Below are positions 47,880 through 57,948 of a DNA stretch of 64,000 nucleotides, piece by piece. The translations under genes and the position numbers were made by a program. This DNA is from Deltaproteobacteria bacterium. GTDB lineage: Bacteria; Desulfobacterota; Desulfomonilia; UBA1062. The stretch is taken from positions 6,450-70,449 of the forward strand of contig JAKPQL010000022.1 in assembly GCA_029547045.1 (NCBI GenBank). Direction: 5' to 3'. The stretch's first letter is position 1. Every line of letters starts with the position of its first letter. Below the pieces are notes generated by a model that was given only the letters and a program-made list of their open reading frames with translations, had not been told where the DNA came from and did not search any database.

Positions 47880-49445
47880 TCAGTCCGTGACCACGGTCCA
47901 TCGGGCGATGGTGGGCTCTGCCTGGAACCTGCCCGCGCTGTCCCTGCCTATCACGGACAGGGTGTGGGGTCCGGCATATCCGATGGCATGGATCACCAGC
48001 GGCGTCTTGAGCGATCCGGACCATCCCCTCGGGACCGTGAGCCGGGCATTGGTGTGTGAGGTATATGTCGTGTCGAACACCGTTCGGATGGCAGGGGCGA
48101 ACAGGGAAGGCAACTCCAGGACGCCCCCGGGGGGCAGCTGGAAGATCAGGGTGTAGCCGCTGAGCGTGTCGTCGAGTGACCAGGGTGTGACAATGTTGTC
48201 GGAGGTGCTGGCGTATATTTCGGCGACCCGCGGGGAGTATGCGGTGCTCGATGCGGTTGACACGGGGCTGACCGGATTGGTGATGAGATCGGGACACGAT
48301 GCGAGTTCCTCCACGCCGGCGACGGCCCCCTGGCGATCATGGTAGTACACCCCCAGGTCTGCATCGTACATCTCCCACCTGCCGTTGATGGACACCTCTG
48401 ACACCACGTGTCCGGTCAGCCGCCATTCCCGTGTCTTGTACCCCGCAGACGTCATCAGCTGGCAGAAGAGTATGGCTGCGTCATCGCAGTACCCGAAGCC
48501 GATGGAGTTGAAGAACAGGGCGGGTGACGAGGATATCCAGGAACGACCAGACAGGGGGTGCCAGTGGGACCTGTTGCCCCGTATGAACCTCCATGTCTTT
48601 CTTGCCAGCGGTTCACCGGGGAAGTCGCAGGGTAGGTCATGGATCTCGTCCAGAACGTCTTCGTCAGACGGAAACAGCATACTGTTGAGGTTCATGGAGA
48701 ACGACGCTGTCCTGCCGGATTTGTTCACGATGCGTATCCAGTCCGTATCAGGTGAATCCGGTTCCAGTCCGTATATGATATATCCTGAGCCGTCCGCTAT
48801 GGACAAGGCCTCGACCGTGGCTGGAACGTCCGGGGTGCTGTTCAGGCGGACGTCGAGCTGGTCGATGTTTTTCCCCCCGATATAGAGGCGATTGACGTCC
48901 AGAAGAGAGGCGCGCATGGGGTTCAACAGGAATACGACGGACGTGTCGACTTCAACCCGGGAGAATCCGACACCCTCGATGAAGCCTTCCCGGTTATCAA
49001 GGAAATCGCCGATGGCCGCGCTGCCTGCAGTGAATGTCCGATCGCACATCGTGATGTCCGCGGAAAAGCGTATGGGGACGTCCACCGGTATCTCCTCCGA
49101 GTACTCCCCGCCGTCGAGTTTGAACCTGTAGGCAACAATCCCCCTGCCCCCGACAACTATCTCCGGGTTTGCCTGATCGGTCTCTCCGGATGGCGCTCCC
49201 GCGATCTCTGCCACTGGGCTCGTCGGATATATCCCCGGGTCTGTTCCCTGCGTGGGAGCCTGTGTTTCCGAGTCCGCAGGCGTTCCTTCCATGCCGCTGT
49301 CTGCAGGTGAGGCTTCCTGCCCTGTGTCTGAAGCCCGATGTGAGGTGCATGAGGCAAGGATTGTCAGGGAACTGATCCAGCAGAACAGAAGAACACGGAA
49401 AAGCCGAGCAGCTGATGTTTTCTTCACCGTCACCCTCAAGGCCAT
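47880..49445 (-). CDS. Lipoprotein with C-terminal transglutaminase-like (Cys-His-Asp) domain
   Basis: Lipobox LASC after a signal peptide. GYCDDAAILFCQLMTSAGYKTR…GHVVSEV…WEMYD has the transglutaminase-core C/H/D arrangement. Confidence 0.65.
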   Translation of the reverse strand: MALRVTVKKTSAARLFRVLLFCWISSLTILASCTSHRASDTGQEASPADSGMEGTPADSETQAPTQGTDPGIYPTSPVAEIAGAPSGETDQANPEIVVGGRGIVAYRFKLDGGEYSEEIPVDVPIRFSADITMCDRTFTAGSAAIGDFLDNREGFIEGVGFSRVEVDTSVVFLLNPMRASLLDVNRLYIGGKNIDQLDVRLNSTPDVPATVEALSIADGSGYIIYGLEPDSPDTDWIRIVNKSGRTASFSMNLNSMLFPSDEDVLDEIHDLPCDFPGEPLARKTWRFIRGNRSHWHPLSGRSWISSSPALFFNSIGFGYCDDAAILFCQLMTSAGYKTREWRLTGHVVSEVSINGRWEMYDADLGVYYHDRQGAVAGVEELASCPDLITNPVSPVSTASSTAYSPRVAEIYASTSDNIVTPWSLDDTLSGYTLIFQLPPGGVLELPSLFAPAIRTVFDTTYTSHTNARLTVPRGWSGSLKTPLVIHAIGYAGPHTLSVIGRDSAGRFQAEPTIARWTVVTD

Positions 49446-49669
49446 CGCACGGACGACCTCACTATATCCTGAGACGAGGAGCGTGACAATAGGGAGGGAG
49501 GGGGGGTGCACGATGCGCCGTGTACGGGATGCCCCTGCGGCGCTACTGCTGCCCGAAATCCAGGTTCTCCACATCCCTGAGCGTCCACTGCCCCGCGATC
49601 AGCACGTAGTGCAGCAGCAGTCTGCCTGCGAACCGGGACACCGTGTCCACGTGCACCACCAGGCGGCCT

Positions 49670-50899
49670 TCAGCGTCTCCTGCGGCCGTGCCGGGGCGGT
49701 GGAGAGCCCTTGCGGTCCCTGAATCCGTCCCTCCTTCGCGGGTGGCGCGGCCTCCTGGCGTCCCTGCTCTTGTCCTCAATGTACAGGCTCTCGTCCGGCC
49801 AGATGACCGGGATCTTCATGCCCACGTACTTCTCGATGGCCTCCAGGGCGTGGACGTAGTCCTCGCAGGCAATCGAGATGGCCTTGCCGTCCTTGCCCAG
49901 CCGGGCGGTGCGGCCGATGCGGTGCACGTAGTCCTCGCAGTCCTCGGGGATGTCGTAGTTGATCACCAGGTCCAGGTCGTCCACGTGCAGGCCCCGGGCC
50001 GCCACGTTGGTGGCCACCAGGATGGGCACGGTGCCCGACTTCAACCCGTCGATGACCTGTATCCGCTTGGCCTGGGGGAGGTCCCCGGTGATGAACTCGC
50101 AGGGAAACCCGTTCATCCCAAGGCGGCGGGCGACGTTCTCGGCCGTGCTCTTCATGTTGGTGAAGATCATGCAGTTCCTGGGCTTTTCCCGGTTCAGCAG
50201 GCCCAGCAGAAGGCTCATCTTTTCCTCGTTGCCCGCGTGGTAGAGTTCCTGGGTGACCGTGTCCACGGTGAGGTGCTCCGGCGCGATCTCTATCTCAACG
50301 GGGTCGTTCATGTACTGCCAGGCGAGTTCCTTGACCAGGAAGCTCAGGGTGGCTGAGAAGAGCATGGTCTGGCGCTTGTGTGCGGGCGGCATGGCGCGGA
50401 GCATCTTCCTGAGGTCCGCGATAAAGCCCATGTCGAAGAGACGGTCCGCCTCGTCGATGACCAGGATGCCCACGTCCCGGAAACCCAGCTTGCCCGAGCG
50501 GTGCAGGTCGAGGATCCTGCCCGGGGTGCCCATGATGATGTTGGCTCCCTGCTTGAGCTGCTGCTCCTGGCTCTTGTACCCCACGCCCCCGTAGATGCAC
50601 GCGGTGCGGTAGTCGAGGTGGCTGCCCAGCAGCTCGGCCTCGCGCTCCACCTGGACCGCCAGCTCCCGGGTGGGCACGATGATCATGGCCTTTCTCCCCC
50701 GCATGTCCTTGAGGCGCTGGAAGATGGTGAGGAGGAAGACCGCGGTCTTGCCCGATCCGGTCTGAGACTGTGCGCAGATGTCCTTCCCGGTGAGGCTCTG
50801 CGGCAGCGTGGCCGCCTGGACCGGGGTGCATTCCGTGAATCCCGCATCGCTGATGCCGAGCATGATGCCCTCGTCAAGCGGTAGTTCGGTGAAAAGCAT
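49670..50899 (-). CDS. DEAD-box ATP-dependent RNA helicase with Arg-rich C-terminal tail
   Basis: Q-motif, Walker A SQTGSGKT, DEAD, SAT and HRIGRTAR motifs. Confidence 0.9.
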   Translation of the reverse strand: MLFTELPLDEGIMLGISDAGFTECTPVQAATLPQSLTGKDICAQSQTGSGKTAVFLLTIFQRLKDMRGRKAMIIVPTRELAVQVEREAELLGSHLDYRTACIYGGVGYKSQEQQLKQGANIIMGTPGRILDLHRSGKLGFRDVGILVIDEADRLFDMGFIADLRKMLRAMPPAHKRQTMLFSATLSFLVKELAWQYMNDPVEIEIAPEHLTVDTVTQELYHAGNEEKMSLLLGLLNREKPRNCMIFTNMKSTAENVARRLGMNGFPCEFITGDLPQAKRIQVIDGLKSGTVPILVATNVAARGLHVDDLDLVINYDIPEDCEDYVHRIGRTARLGKDGKAISIACEDYVHALEAIEKYVGMKIPVIWPDESLYIEDKSRDARRPRHPRRRDGFRDRKGSPPPRHGRRRR

Positions 50900-51122
50900 G
50901 GGTACTCCTTGGTGGTGGTATCTGGTATTCTGTCGACGTCATCATCTATGGGTTCGTGGCTGGGTTTCCTGATTCGTGCGGGATCATAGCACTTCTGGCC
51001 GAAATGGCAAGGGTAAAGATGTGCCGGCCCCTTGCAGGGCGAGTCCCATGAACCGTCTTGATTTCCACCCGGCACCTGGTCCATAACGGTATGCCAGGAG
51101 ATCACGTTACAGGAGTGCATCC

Positions 51123-51614
51123 ATGCCGATCTACGAATTCTACTGCAGCAGGTGCGACACCATCTACAACTTCTTCTCGCGCACCATCAACACGGACAAG
51201 GTGCCCAGGTGCCCCCGGTGCAGGACCGTGAGGCTGAAGAAGAAGGTCTCGATCTTCGCCGCCATCTCGGGCCGCAGGGGTGAGGAGCCCGAGGGCGACA
51301 TGCCCCCCTTCGACGAGGCGCGCATGGAAAAGGCCATGTCCATGCTCGAGCGGGAGGCCGGGGGCCTGAACGAGGACGATCCCCGGCAGGCTGCCGGTCT
51401 CATGCGCAGGCTCACCGAGGCGGCCGGGCTCAAGATGGGGTCGGGCATGGAGGAGGCCCTGAGCAGGATGGAGCGCGGGGAGGATCCTGACCGGATCGAG
51501 GCCGAGCTCGGGGACCTGCTGGAAGGGGAGGAGCCCTTTGTCATGGACCAGAAGTCAGGAAAGCGCAGGAAAGGCGCCGGGCCGAGGGTGGACGAGACCC
51601 TCTACGACCTCTAG
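51123..51614 (+). CDS. FmdB-family zinc-ribbon protein with acidic C-terminal extension
   Basis: MPIYEFYCSRCDTIY…CPRCRT is the FmdB CxxC…CxxC ribbon. Confidence 0.7.
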   Translation: MPIYEFYCSRCDTIYNFFSRTINTDKVPRCPRCRTVRLKKKVSIFAAISGRRGEEPEGDMPPFDEARMEKAMSMLEREAGGLNEDDPRQAAGLMRRLTEAAGLKMGSGMEEALSRMERGEDPDRIEAELGDLLEGEEPFVMDQKSGKRRKGAGPRVDETLYDL

Positions 51615-51641
51615 GGCACCGGCCGGCGAGCGTCCGGGGGC

Positions 51642-52328
51642 ATGCGGATGATCCTGTCCGCCGCCAGGCCCTATTTCTGCCCCCATCCGGGCTACTTTGC
51701 CCGGATCCTCGCATCGGACTGTTTCGTGGTCCTCGACACGGTCCAGTTCCCCCGGGGCACCACCTGGATCACCCGCAACCGGTTCAAGAACGACCAGGGG
51801 ACCCTGTGGTTGACTGTGCCGGTGAGGAAGAAGGGCCTCGGCCTCCAGAAGATCTCAGACGTCCAGGTCTGTCGGGATGAGCGCTGGCGGCACAAGCACC
51901 TGGCAAGCCTTCGGCAGGCCTATGGCAATGCGCCCTACCTCGACGAGCACCTGGGCATCTTCGAGAGGTTGTTCCTGTCCGGTCCCGATGCGCTCTGCGA
52001 GATGAACGTGGAGTTCATCGCCCATGTCCTGGCCGGGCTGGGCTGTTCCACCCGCGTGGTCAGGCTCTCCGAGATCGGCGTCGCCGCCTCGGGGGCGCGG
52101 CTCCTCGTGGAGCTCTGCAGGGCCCTGGGGGCCGATCGCTTCCTGGTCCAGGATTCTGCCCGGAAATGGCTCGATGCGGACCTGTTCGAGGACGCCGACA
52201 TAGGGATCTCGTATGTGAAGTCCCGGGTTCCCGTGTACCCGCAGCTCTGGGGACCGTTCATCCCGAACACTTCCGTCTTCGACCTCCTGTTCACCTGCGG
52301 GCCCCGGTCACGGCAGTACCTGCGGTGA
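51642..52328 (+). CDS. WbqC-like family protein
   Basis: The N-terminus ARPYFCPHPGYFARI… is typical of the WbqC family. The start is possibly 51648. Confidence 0.6.
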   Translation: MRMILSAARPYFCPHPGYFARILASDCFVVLDTVQFPRGTTWITRNRFKNDQGTLWLTVPVRKKGLGLQKISDVQVCRDERWRHKHLASLRQAYGNAPYLDEHLGIFERLFLSGPDALCEMNVEFIAHVLAGLGCSTRVVRLSEIGVAASGARLLVELCRALGADRFLVQDSARKWLDADLFEDADIGISYVKSRVPVYPQLWGPFIPNTSVFDLLFTCGPRSRQYLR

Positions 52329-52402
52329 CGGTGGAGGCCCCGGACCCGATTCCCGACCCGCAACCCGGCTACCCCTTTCCCTTCCGTGCGGTGCAGGTTA
52401 TT

Positions 52403-53902
52403 ATGGACCCAGATATGCAGTTTTGGTCCCTGCGTCTCCTCCTCACTGCTGCGCTCTGCGCCGTCCTCCTGGCCTGGGGGTGTACCTCGGCCCATTTCCG
52501 CGCCGTGCCCGGGCAGCCCCGGGACCCTGTCAGGTTCACGCTGACCGGGGACACGGAACAGGAATACTGGACAGGCATCGTGTTCAACGGCGAAAAGGTG
52601 GGCTTCTCCCACTTCCGCTTCACCCCTGCCCGGGATATGCCCGGCCGATTCGACATCACCTCCGAGGCCGTGTTCTCCCTGAAGTTCCTCATGGTGGAGA
52701 AGCGGTTTTCCCTCAAGGCCCACGACCTGGTGAACACCGATCTCTCCCTGGAGAGGTTCACCTACGAGTACGATCTGGACGGCAGCACAATGCGTATCAC
52801 GGGAAGGCGGGAGGGCGACACCCTGAAGACCACTGTCCATGCCTCGGGCGAGGTCCTCGAACAGTCCTTTCCCGGCCCTGTCCGTCCCGCAAGCGTCCTG
52901 TACCTCTATCCGGCAGTGCAGGGGCTCCACGCGGGCAGGACGTATGCGTACCCGGTCTATGACGGCGAGACCAGGAGCCTGTCCACGGTGCGCCAGGAGG
53001 TCCTCGCCTGCGAAGAGAGCGACCTCTTTGAGGGCAACGGCTTCAAGGTGAGGACCCTGATGCACGGTCATGAAGTGATTGCCTGGCTGGACGGGGAGGG
53101 GAGACCCCTGCTGGAAATGGCCATGGGAGGCGTTATGATCTCCGGGCTGGAGAGCGAGGACAGGGCGAAGCGCCATCTCGCATCAGCCGCTTTGAGCAGG
53201 GACGAGGTGCTGCTGGAATTCAGCCTCATCAGAACGGAGCAGGTCCTGGGCACACCACGGCGGCTCCAGTACCTGGAGCTGAACCTCGAGGGCAGCGATG
53301 AGCTGGGCATGGTCCCTTCCGATGAACGGCAGCGCTGCGAATGGCGGGACGGGACGCTCGCCTGCAGCATCGATGCCTCCCGGGAGGTGCCTGCCCGAGG
53401 GTGCGGGGCCTCGGCGCAGGACGGATACCTGCGGTCCACCCTCGCGGTGCCTGCAGGCAGCGGGCGCATCCGCGACCTGGCGGCGTCCATCGTCCATGGC
53501 ACGAACGAACCCGTGGAGGCCATCCGCTCGATCCTGGCCTGGATGGAGGGGAACATCGAGAAGAAGCCCACCGACGTGTTCACGGCCCTGGACGTGCTGG
53601 ACAGGGGCGGGGCCGAGTGCCAGGGCCATGCACTCCTCTATGCCGCCCTGTGCAGGGCCGTGGGCATACCCACCCGGGTGGTCAACGGGATCGTCTATTC
53701 CGGGGAACACCGGGGATTCCTCTTCCATACCTGGGCCGAGAGCTGCGTGGGGGAGGCATGGATCAGCGTGGACCCCACCTTCTCCCAGATCCGGGCCGAT
53801 GCCACGCATCTCAAGGTGGTGGAGGGGGAGGAACCCGCCGAGATCATGACCCTGGCAGGCATGGTCGGCAGGGTTCGTGCCCGGGTCGTCACCTTCCGGT
53901 GA
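52403..53902 (+). CDS. Lipoprotein with C-terminal transglutaminase-like domain (paralog-like to 47880-49445)
   Basis: Lipobox AWGCTS. GGAECQGHALLYAALCRAVGIPTR…FLFHTWAE…WISVDP has the C/H/D core. The annotated N-terminal extension overlaps wbqC and is rejected. Confidence 0.65.
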   Translation: MDPDMQFWSLRLLLTAALCAVLLAWGCTSAHFRAVPGQPRDPVRFTLTGDTEQEYWTGIVFNGEKVGFSHFRFTPARDMPGRFDITSEAVFSLKFLMVEKRFSLKAHDLVNTDLSLERFTYEYDLDGSTMRITGRREGDTLKTTVHASGEVLEQSFPGPVRPASVLYLYPAVQGLHAGRTYAYPVYDGETRSLSTVRQEVLACEESDLFEGNGFKVRTLMHGHEVIAWLDGEGRPLLEMAMGGVMISGLESEDRAKRHLASAALSRDEVLLEFSLIRTEQVLGTPRRLQYLELNLEGSDELGMVPSDERQRCEWRDGTLACSIDASREVPARGCGASAQDGYLRSTLAVPAGSGRIRDLAASIVHGTNEPVEAIRSILAWMEGNIEKKPTDVFTALDVLDRGGAECQGHALLYAALCRAVGIPTRVVNGIVYSGEHRGFLFHTWAESCVGEAWISVDPTFSQIRADATHLKVVEGEEPAEIMTLAGMVGRVRARVVTFR

Positions 53903-54078
53903 GGCCGTGGCCGGGCATGCCCGGGAAGGCTTTCGCTGACTTGCGCAAGGTTCATGATTCATGGCCGTTTTTCCGATATGACAAGGGAGTTGGAGAGCTG
54001 CGTCCAGGGATGTGCCCGGGATTTTGTGGAATCCCGGTGCAGTCCCTGGTGGATACCCGTCGTACGGGGGACAAGGGC

Positions 54079-57000
54079 ATGACGGAGAAGCCCATGGAGA
54101 CTCTGGTTGCTGGCATGCACCTCGGGGCCTTCCCCGAGGACGGCACTGCGCACGCACAGGCCGTGGCGGCCTTCCTCTGTGAAGGGATCCGGCGGGGCGA
54201 CCTGTGTCTGGCCGTGGGTGCGGCCGACGTGCTGAACGGGTTTTCCCGCCATGCCCGGCTCATGGGGTGCGACCCGGGGGGCGCCGTGGTGACGGGCCGG
54301 ATCATGCTGGAGGAGGGCGGTACGCTCTCGGGTATGGACGATCTCCTGGCGCTCCTGGACGAACAGGAGGCTGCGGTGCGGGACAGGGGATTCACCTGCC
54401 TGAGGGCGGCCATCGACCCGGGCTCCCTGCCCATGGCCCAGGATGCCGAAGGCGACATGACGCACTATCAGGATTCCATCCATGCATGGCTGCAAAACAG
54501 GTCGGGCATGATCCTGAGCATCTACGACAGGTTCAGGACGCACCCGGGCTCCATCCTGCGCGCCCTGGAGATGCATCCCTTCCTGATTGTGGACACGACC
54601 CTCATCGAGAACCCGTACCATGTACACCCTGCGGCGCAGGGCCTGAGGGATGACCGTGAACGGGCGCTGGCCAGGCTCGGGATCCTCTCGCGGCACTGTG
54701 CCGTGCACAAGTCCATGGACGGGCTGCTCTCGAGGTTCCGCTTCGTGTTCGAGAACACCTCGGATATCCTCTTCTTCCACGACCTCGACGGGACCCTCAC
54801 CGGGATCACGAAGGCCGGGGGCCGGATCGATGACCTGGCCGTGGACGACCTCGTCGGGAAGCGCATCCGCGACGTCATACCGGTCGAGGGCCATACGCAG
54901 CTGGAGGGGTATCTCCGCGATCTTTCTGTTAGGGGCAGGGCGCAGGGGACCCTGAAGGTGCCGGTTTCCGGCGGCGGGCCGAAGGTCTTCCGGTACGTCT
55001 CGGAGGTGACCCGGGACCTCGATGGCCGCGAGACCGTCAGGGGCATCGCCACGGATATAACCGAGCGGATGAGCTCCGAGGCCGACCTGCGCAGGAGCAG
55101 GGAGCGTTTCAGAGACATCTTCGACAACGTGTCGGACTACCTCTTCTTCCATGACCTCGACGGCAACTTCGACTTCAGCGAGTGCAATGCCCGGGTCAGG
55201 CAGGACTGGAACCTGGCGGACGCCGCGCAGACGCGGGCGAACCTCAGGAACCTCATCCCCGAGCGGTTCAGGGACCTGTTCCCCGAATACATCGCCCGCC
55301 TCAAGGCCAACGGGAAGGACGAGGGCATGGTCATGGTGGTGATGCAGGACGGCAGGGAGCATGCCCTGGAATACAAGGTTTCCCTGGTGCGCGAGAAGGG
55401 GGAGCCGGTGGGCGTGTGGGGATCTGCCCGCGACATCACGGACCGCCTGCGCATGGAGCGGAACCTGAAGAAGAGCGAGGAGAAATACCGGACCATCCTC
55501 GAGGGCATCGACGAAGGCTATTACGAGGTGGACATCAAGGGGGTCTTCACCTTTGCCAACAGGTCCCTGTGCAGGATCATGGGGTACGCCCTCGAGGAGA
55601 TCCTGGGAAAGGACTTCAGGGAATTTGTGGAAAAGGAGACCGCTGAGCGGATCTTCGCCGTTTTCAACAGGGTCTTTCACTCCGGGATTCCGGACAAGGG
55701 CCTGGAATGGGAGGTGGTGCACAGGGACGGCGAGCGCGTGCCCATCGAGGGCACGGTGAGCCTCACGCGGGACTCCAGGGGGTCGCCCGTCGGGTTCAGG
55801 GGCACGATCCGGGACATCACCCACCGGAAACGGCTCCAGGAATACCAGCAGGCCATGCTCAAGGCAGAGGCGGAGAACAGGGCCAAGGGCGAGTTCCTTG
55901 CCCACATGAGCCACGAGATACGAACCCCCATCAACGGCATCATCGGGATGACCGAGATTGCCCTGGAGACCGGCCTCACCGCGGAGCAACAGGAGCTCAT
56001 CGGCACGGTGTACCGCGAATCGGAAAACCTGCTGGGCCTGGTGAACGACATCCTCGATTTCTCCAAGCTGGAGTCGTCGCGCCTGGAGCTGGAGCACATC
56101 CCCTTCGACCTGAAGGCCCTCCTGGAAGATCTCGCCCGGAGCTTTGCCGTGCGTGCCGAGCAGAAGGGACTGGAGCTCATCCTGTACATATCACCCGAGA
56201 CTCCCTTCCGGCTCGTGGGAGACCCGGGAAGGCTCAGGCAGATCCTCGTCAACCTGGTGGGGAACGCCCTGAAGTTCACGGACAGGGGGGAGATCCTCAT
56301 CAAGGCGGAATACGACGGCGGCCTCGGGGAAAGGACCAGGATCCGGTTCCTGGTGAAGGACACCGGAATCGGCATCCCCCCGGACAAGCTCAGGCTTATC
56401 TTCGAGAGCTTCACCCAGGGTGACTCCTCCACCTCAAGGCAGTTCGGCGGCACCGGTCTGGGCCTGTCCATCACGAGGGAGCTGGCCGGGCTCATGGGCG
56501 GCGAGGTTGGGGTTTCCAGCGAAGAGGGCAGGGGCAGCACCTTCATCGTGAACGCGGTGTTCGAGATCCAGAAGGACCAGGATACCCAGGCATTCAGGGC
56601 AGATCTCCCCGTAAAGGATATCAGGGTCCTGGTGGTGGACGACAACGCATCGGCCCGGGCCACCGTGGCATCGTATTTGAGCGCATGGGGGTGCCGGGTG
56701 GCCGAGGCCACCAGCGGCCAGGAGGCGCTGCTTATGATCAGGGAGCAGGGCCTGCAGGCAGGCCGGTTCGACTGCGTGGTCACGGACTCGCACATGCCCG
56801 TCATGGACGGGTTCGAGCTTGCCTCGCTGATCAGGGCCGAAGAGGCGCTGAAGGACCTTCCCATCATCATGCTCACCCCGGTGGGAAGCATCGGCGACGG
56901 CATGCGGTGCACCAAGGCGGGAATCCAGGGATACCTGCCCAAGCCTGTCCGGGGCGACGAGCTGGTCAAGGTCATCACGGCCGTGCTCGCGAGGGAAGAG

Positions 57001-57870
57001 GTACGGCCCGGCAGACCCCAGTCGCGGCTCATCACCCGTCACGTGCTGGCAGAGGTGAACAGGCCCGGGGTGCGGATCCTCCTGGTGGAGGACTATCCCA
57101 CCAACCAGCAGGTGGCGGTGCGGCACCTCACGGGTGCAGGCTACCAGGTGGACGTTGCCGAGGACGGCATGCAGGGCCTGGCTGCATACAAGCATGCCAG
57201 TTATGACCTCATCCTCATGGACATCGAGATGCCCCGCATGGACGGGTTCTCGGCCACAAGGGCCATACGGGAGATAGAGGAGAGGATAGGGGGAATCGAC
57301 GTCCGCAGTGCACCCGCGCATATTCCCATCATCGCCATGACCGCCCATGCCGTGACCGGCTTCAGGGAGAAGAGTCTGGAAGCGGGCATGGACGACTTCC
57401 TCACAAAACCGGTCAAGCGAGACGAGCTCATCTCTATGGTGAAGAAATGGATTGCATCCGCCGGCGTAACAGGCAGGGTACTCCCCGCGGGAAGAACGCC
57501 AGCGCCGCAGGACAAGGCCGAGGCCTCTCTCTGCGCGGACGACACGCTTGACCTGGAGCGTGCCCTGGCCGAATTCGACAACGACCGCGAGTTCTTCAGG
57601 GGGCTCCTCCACGGGTTCGTGAGGAACGTGCGGGGCCAGATCGAAGTGCTACACAGGGCCATCGGAAACGGAGATGCCCAGGCGGTGAGGAAGGAGGCGC
57701 ACTCCATCAAGGGCGGGGCTGCGAACCTCACCGCCGACCCCGTATCGAGGTGCGCAGCGGAGCTGGAGAGGCTCGCCGCATCGGGTTCGCTCGCAGGGGC
57801 TGCTGAAATCGTGGAGCGCCTGGAGGCTGCGTTCTCCCGTCTGGAGGACTATGTGCATGGCATGGCGTGA
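54079..57870 (+). CDS. Cytoplasmic hybrid histidine kinase: MEDS-like N-domain, ~4 PAS domains, HisKA-HATPase, two receivers, C-terminal Hpt
   Basis: H-box HMSHEIRTPING, the N/G boxes, two REC domains (VLVVDDN…D, ILLVEDY…D) and an Hpt with HSIKGGAANL. The N-domain is MEDS-like (DcmR sensory). The annotated start 53341 lies inside the preceding gene and is rejected. Confidence 0.8.
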   Translation: MTEKPMETLVAGMHLGAFPEDGTAHAQAVAAFLCEGIRRGDLCLAVGAADVLNGFSRHARLMGCDPGGAVVTGRIMLEEGGTLSGMDDLLALLDEQEAAVRDRGFTCLRAAIDPGSLPMAQDAEGDMTHYQDSIHAWLQNRSGMILSIYDRFRTHPGSILRALEMHPFLIVDTTLIENPYHVHPAAQGLRDDRERALARLGILSRHCAVHKSMDGLLSRFRFVFENTSDILFFHDLDGTLTGITKAGGRIDDLAVDDLVGKRIRDVIPVEGHTQLEGYLRDLSVRGRAQGTLKVPVSGGGPKVFRYVSEVTRDLDGRETVRGIATDITERMSSEADLRRSRERFRDIFDNVSDYLFFHDLDGNFDFSECNARVRQDWNLADAAQTRANLRNLIPERFRDLFPEYIARLKANGKDEGMVMVVMQDGREHALEYKVSLVREKGEPVGVWGSARDITDRLRMERNLKKSEEKYRTILEGIDEGYYEVDIKGVFTFANRSLCRIMGYALEEILGKDFREFVEKETAERIFAVFNRVFHSGIPDKGLEWEVVHRDGERVPIEGTVSLTRDSRGSPVGFRGTIRDITHRKRLQEYQQAMLKAEAENRAKGEFLAHMSHEIRTPINGIIGMTEIALETGLTAEQQELIGTVYRESENLLGLVNDILDFSKLESSRLELEHIPFDLKALLEDLARSFAVRAEQKGLELILYISPETPFRLVGDPGRLRQILVNLVGNALKFTDRGEILIKAEYDGGLGERTRIRFLVKDTGIGIPPDKLRLIFESFTQGDSSTSRQFGGTGLGLSITRELAGLMGGEVGVSSEEGRGSTFIVNAVFEIQKDQDTQAFRADLPVKDIRVLVVDDNASARATVASYLSAWGCRVAEATSGQEALLMIREQGLQAGRFDCVVTDSHMPVMDGFELASLIRAEEALKDLPIIMLTPVGSIGDGMRCTKAGIQGYLPKPVRGDELVKVITAVLAREEVRPGRPQSRLITRHVLAEVNRPGVRILLVEDYPTNQQVAVRHLTGAGYQVDVAEDGMQGLAAYKHASYDLILMDIEMPRMDGFSATRAIREIEERIGGIDVRSAPAHIPIIAMTAHAVTGFREKSLEAGMDDFLTKPVKRDELISMVKKWIASAGVTGRVLPAGRTPAPQDKAEASLCADDTLDLERALAEFDNDREFFRGLLHGFVRNVRGQIEVLHRAIGNGDAQAVRKEAHSIKGGAANLTADPVSRCAAELERLAASGSLAGAAEIVERLEAAFSRLEDYVHGMA

Positions 57871-57948
57871 GAAGCCCTCGAAGCAGACACCCGTACAGCG
57901 TTTCAGGACAAGGCAGGGACCGGGGACCCCTGCCGCGTGGAGGGATTG

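Noticed and set aside
53341-54078. N-terminal 246-codon extension of the hybrid kinase ORF
   Set aside because: It lies in a different frame inside the transglutaminase-like lipoprotein gene. The MEDS-like domain begins after ATG 54079, and an intergenic leader with palindromes precedes it.
53959-56097. 712-aa minus-strand ORF opposite the hybrid kinase
   Set aside because: Antisense to PAS/HisKA motifs. Low-complexity translation.
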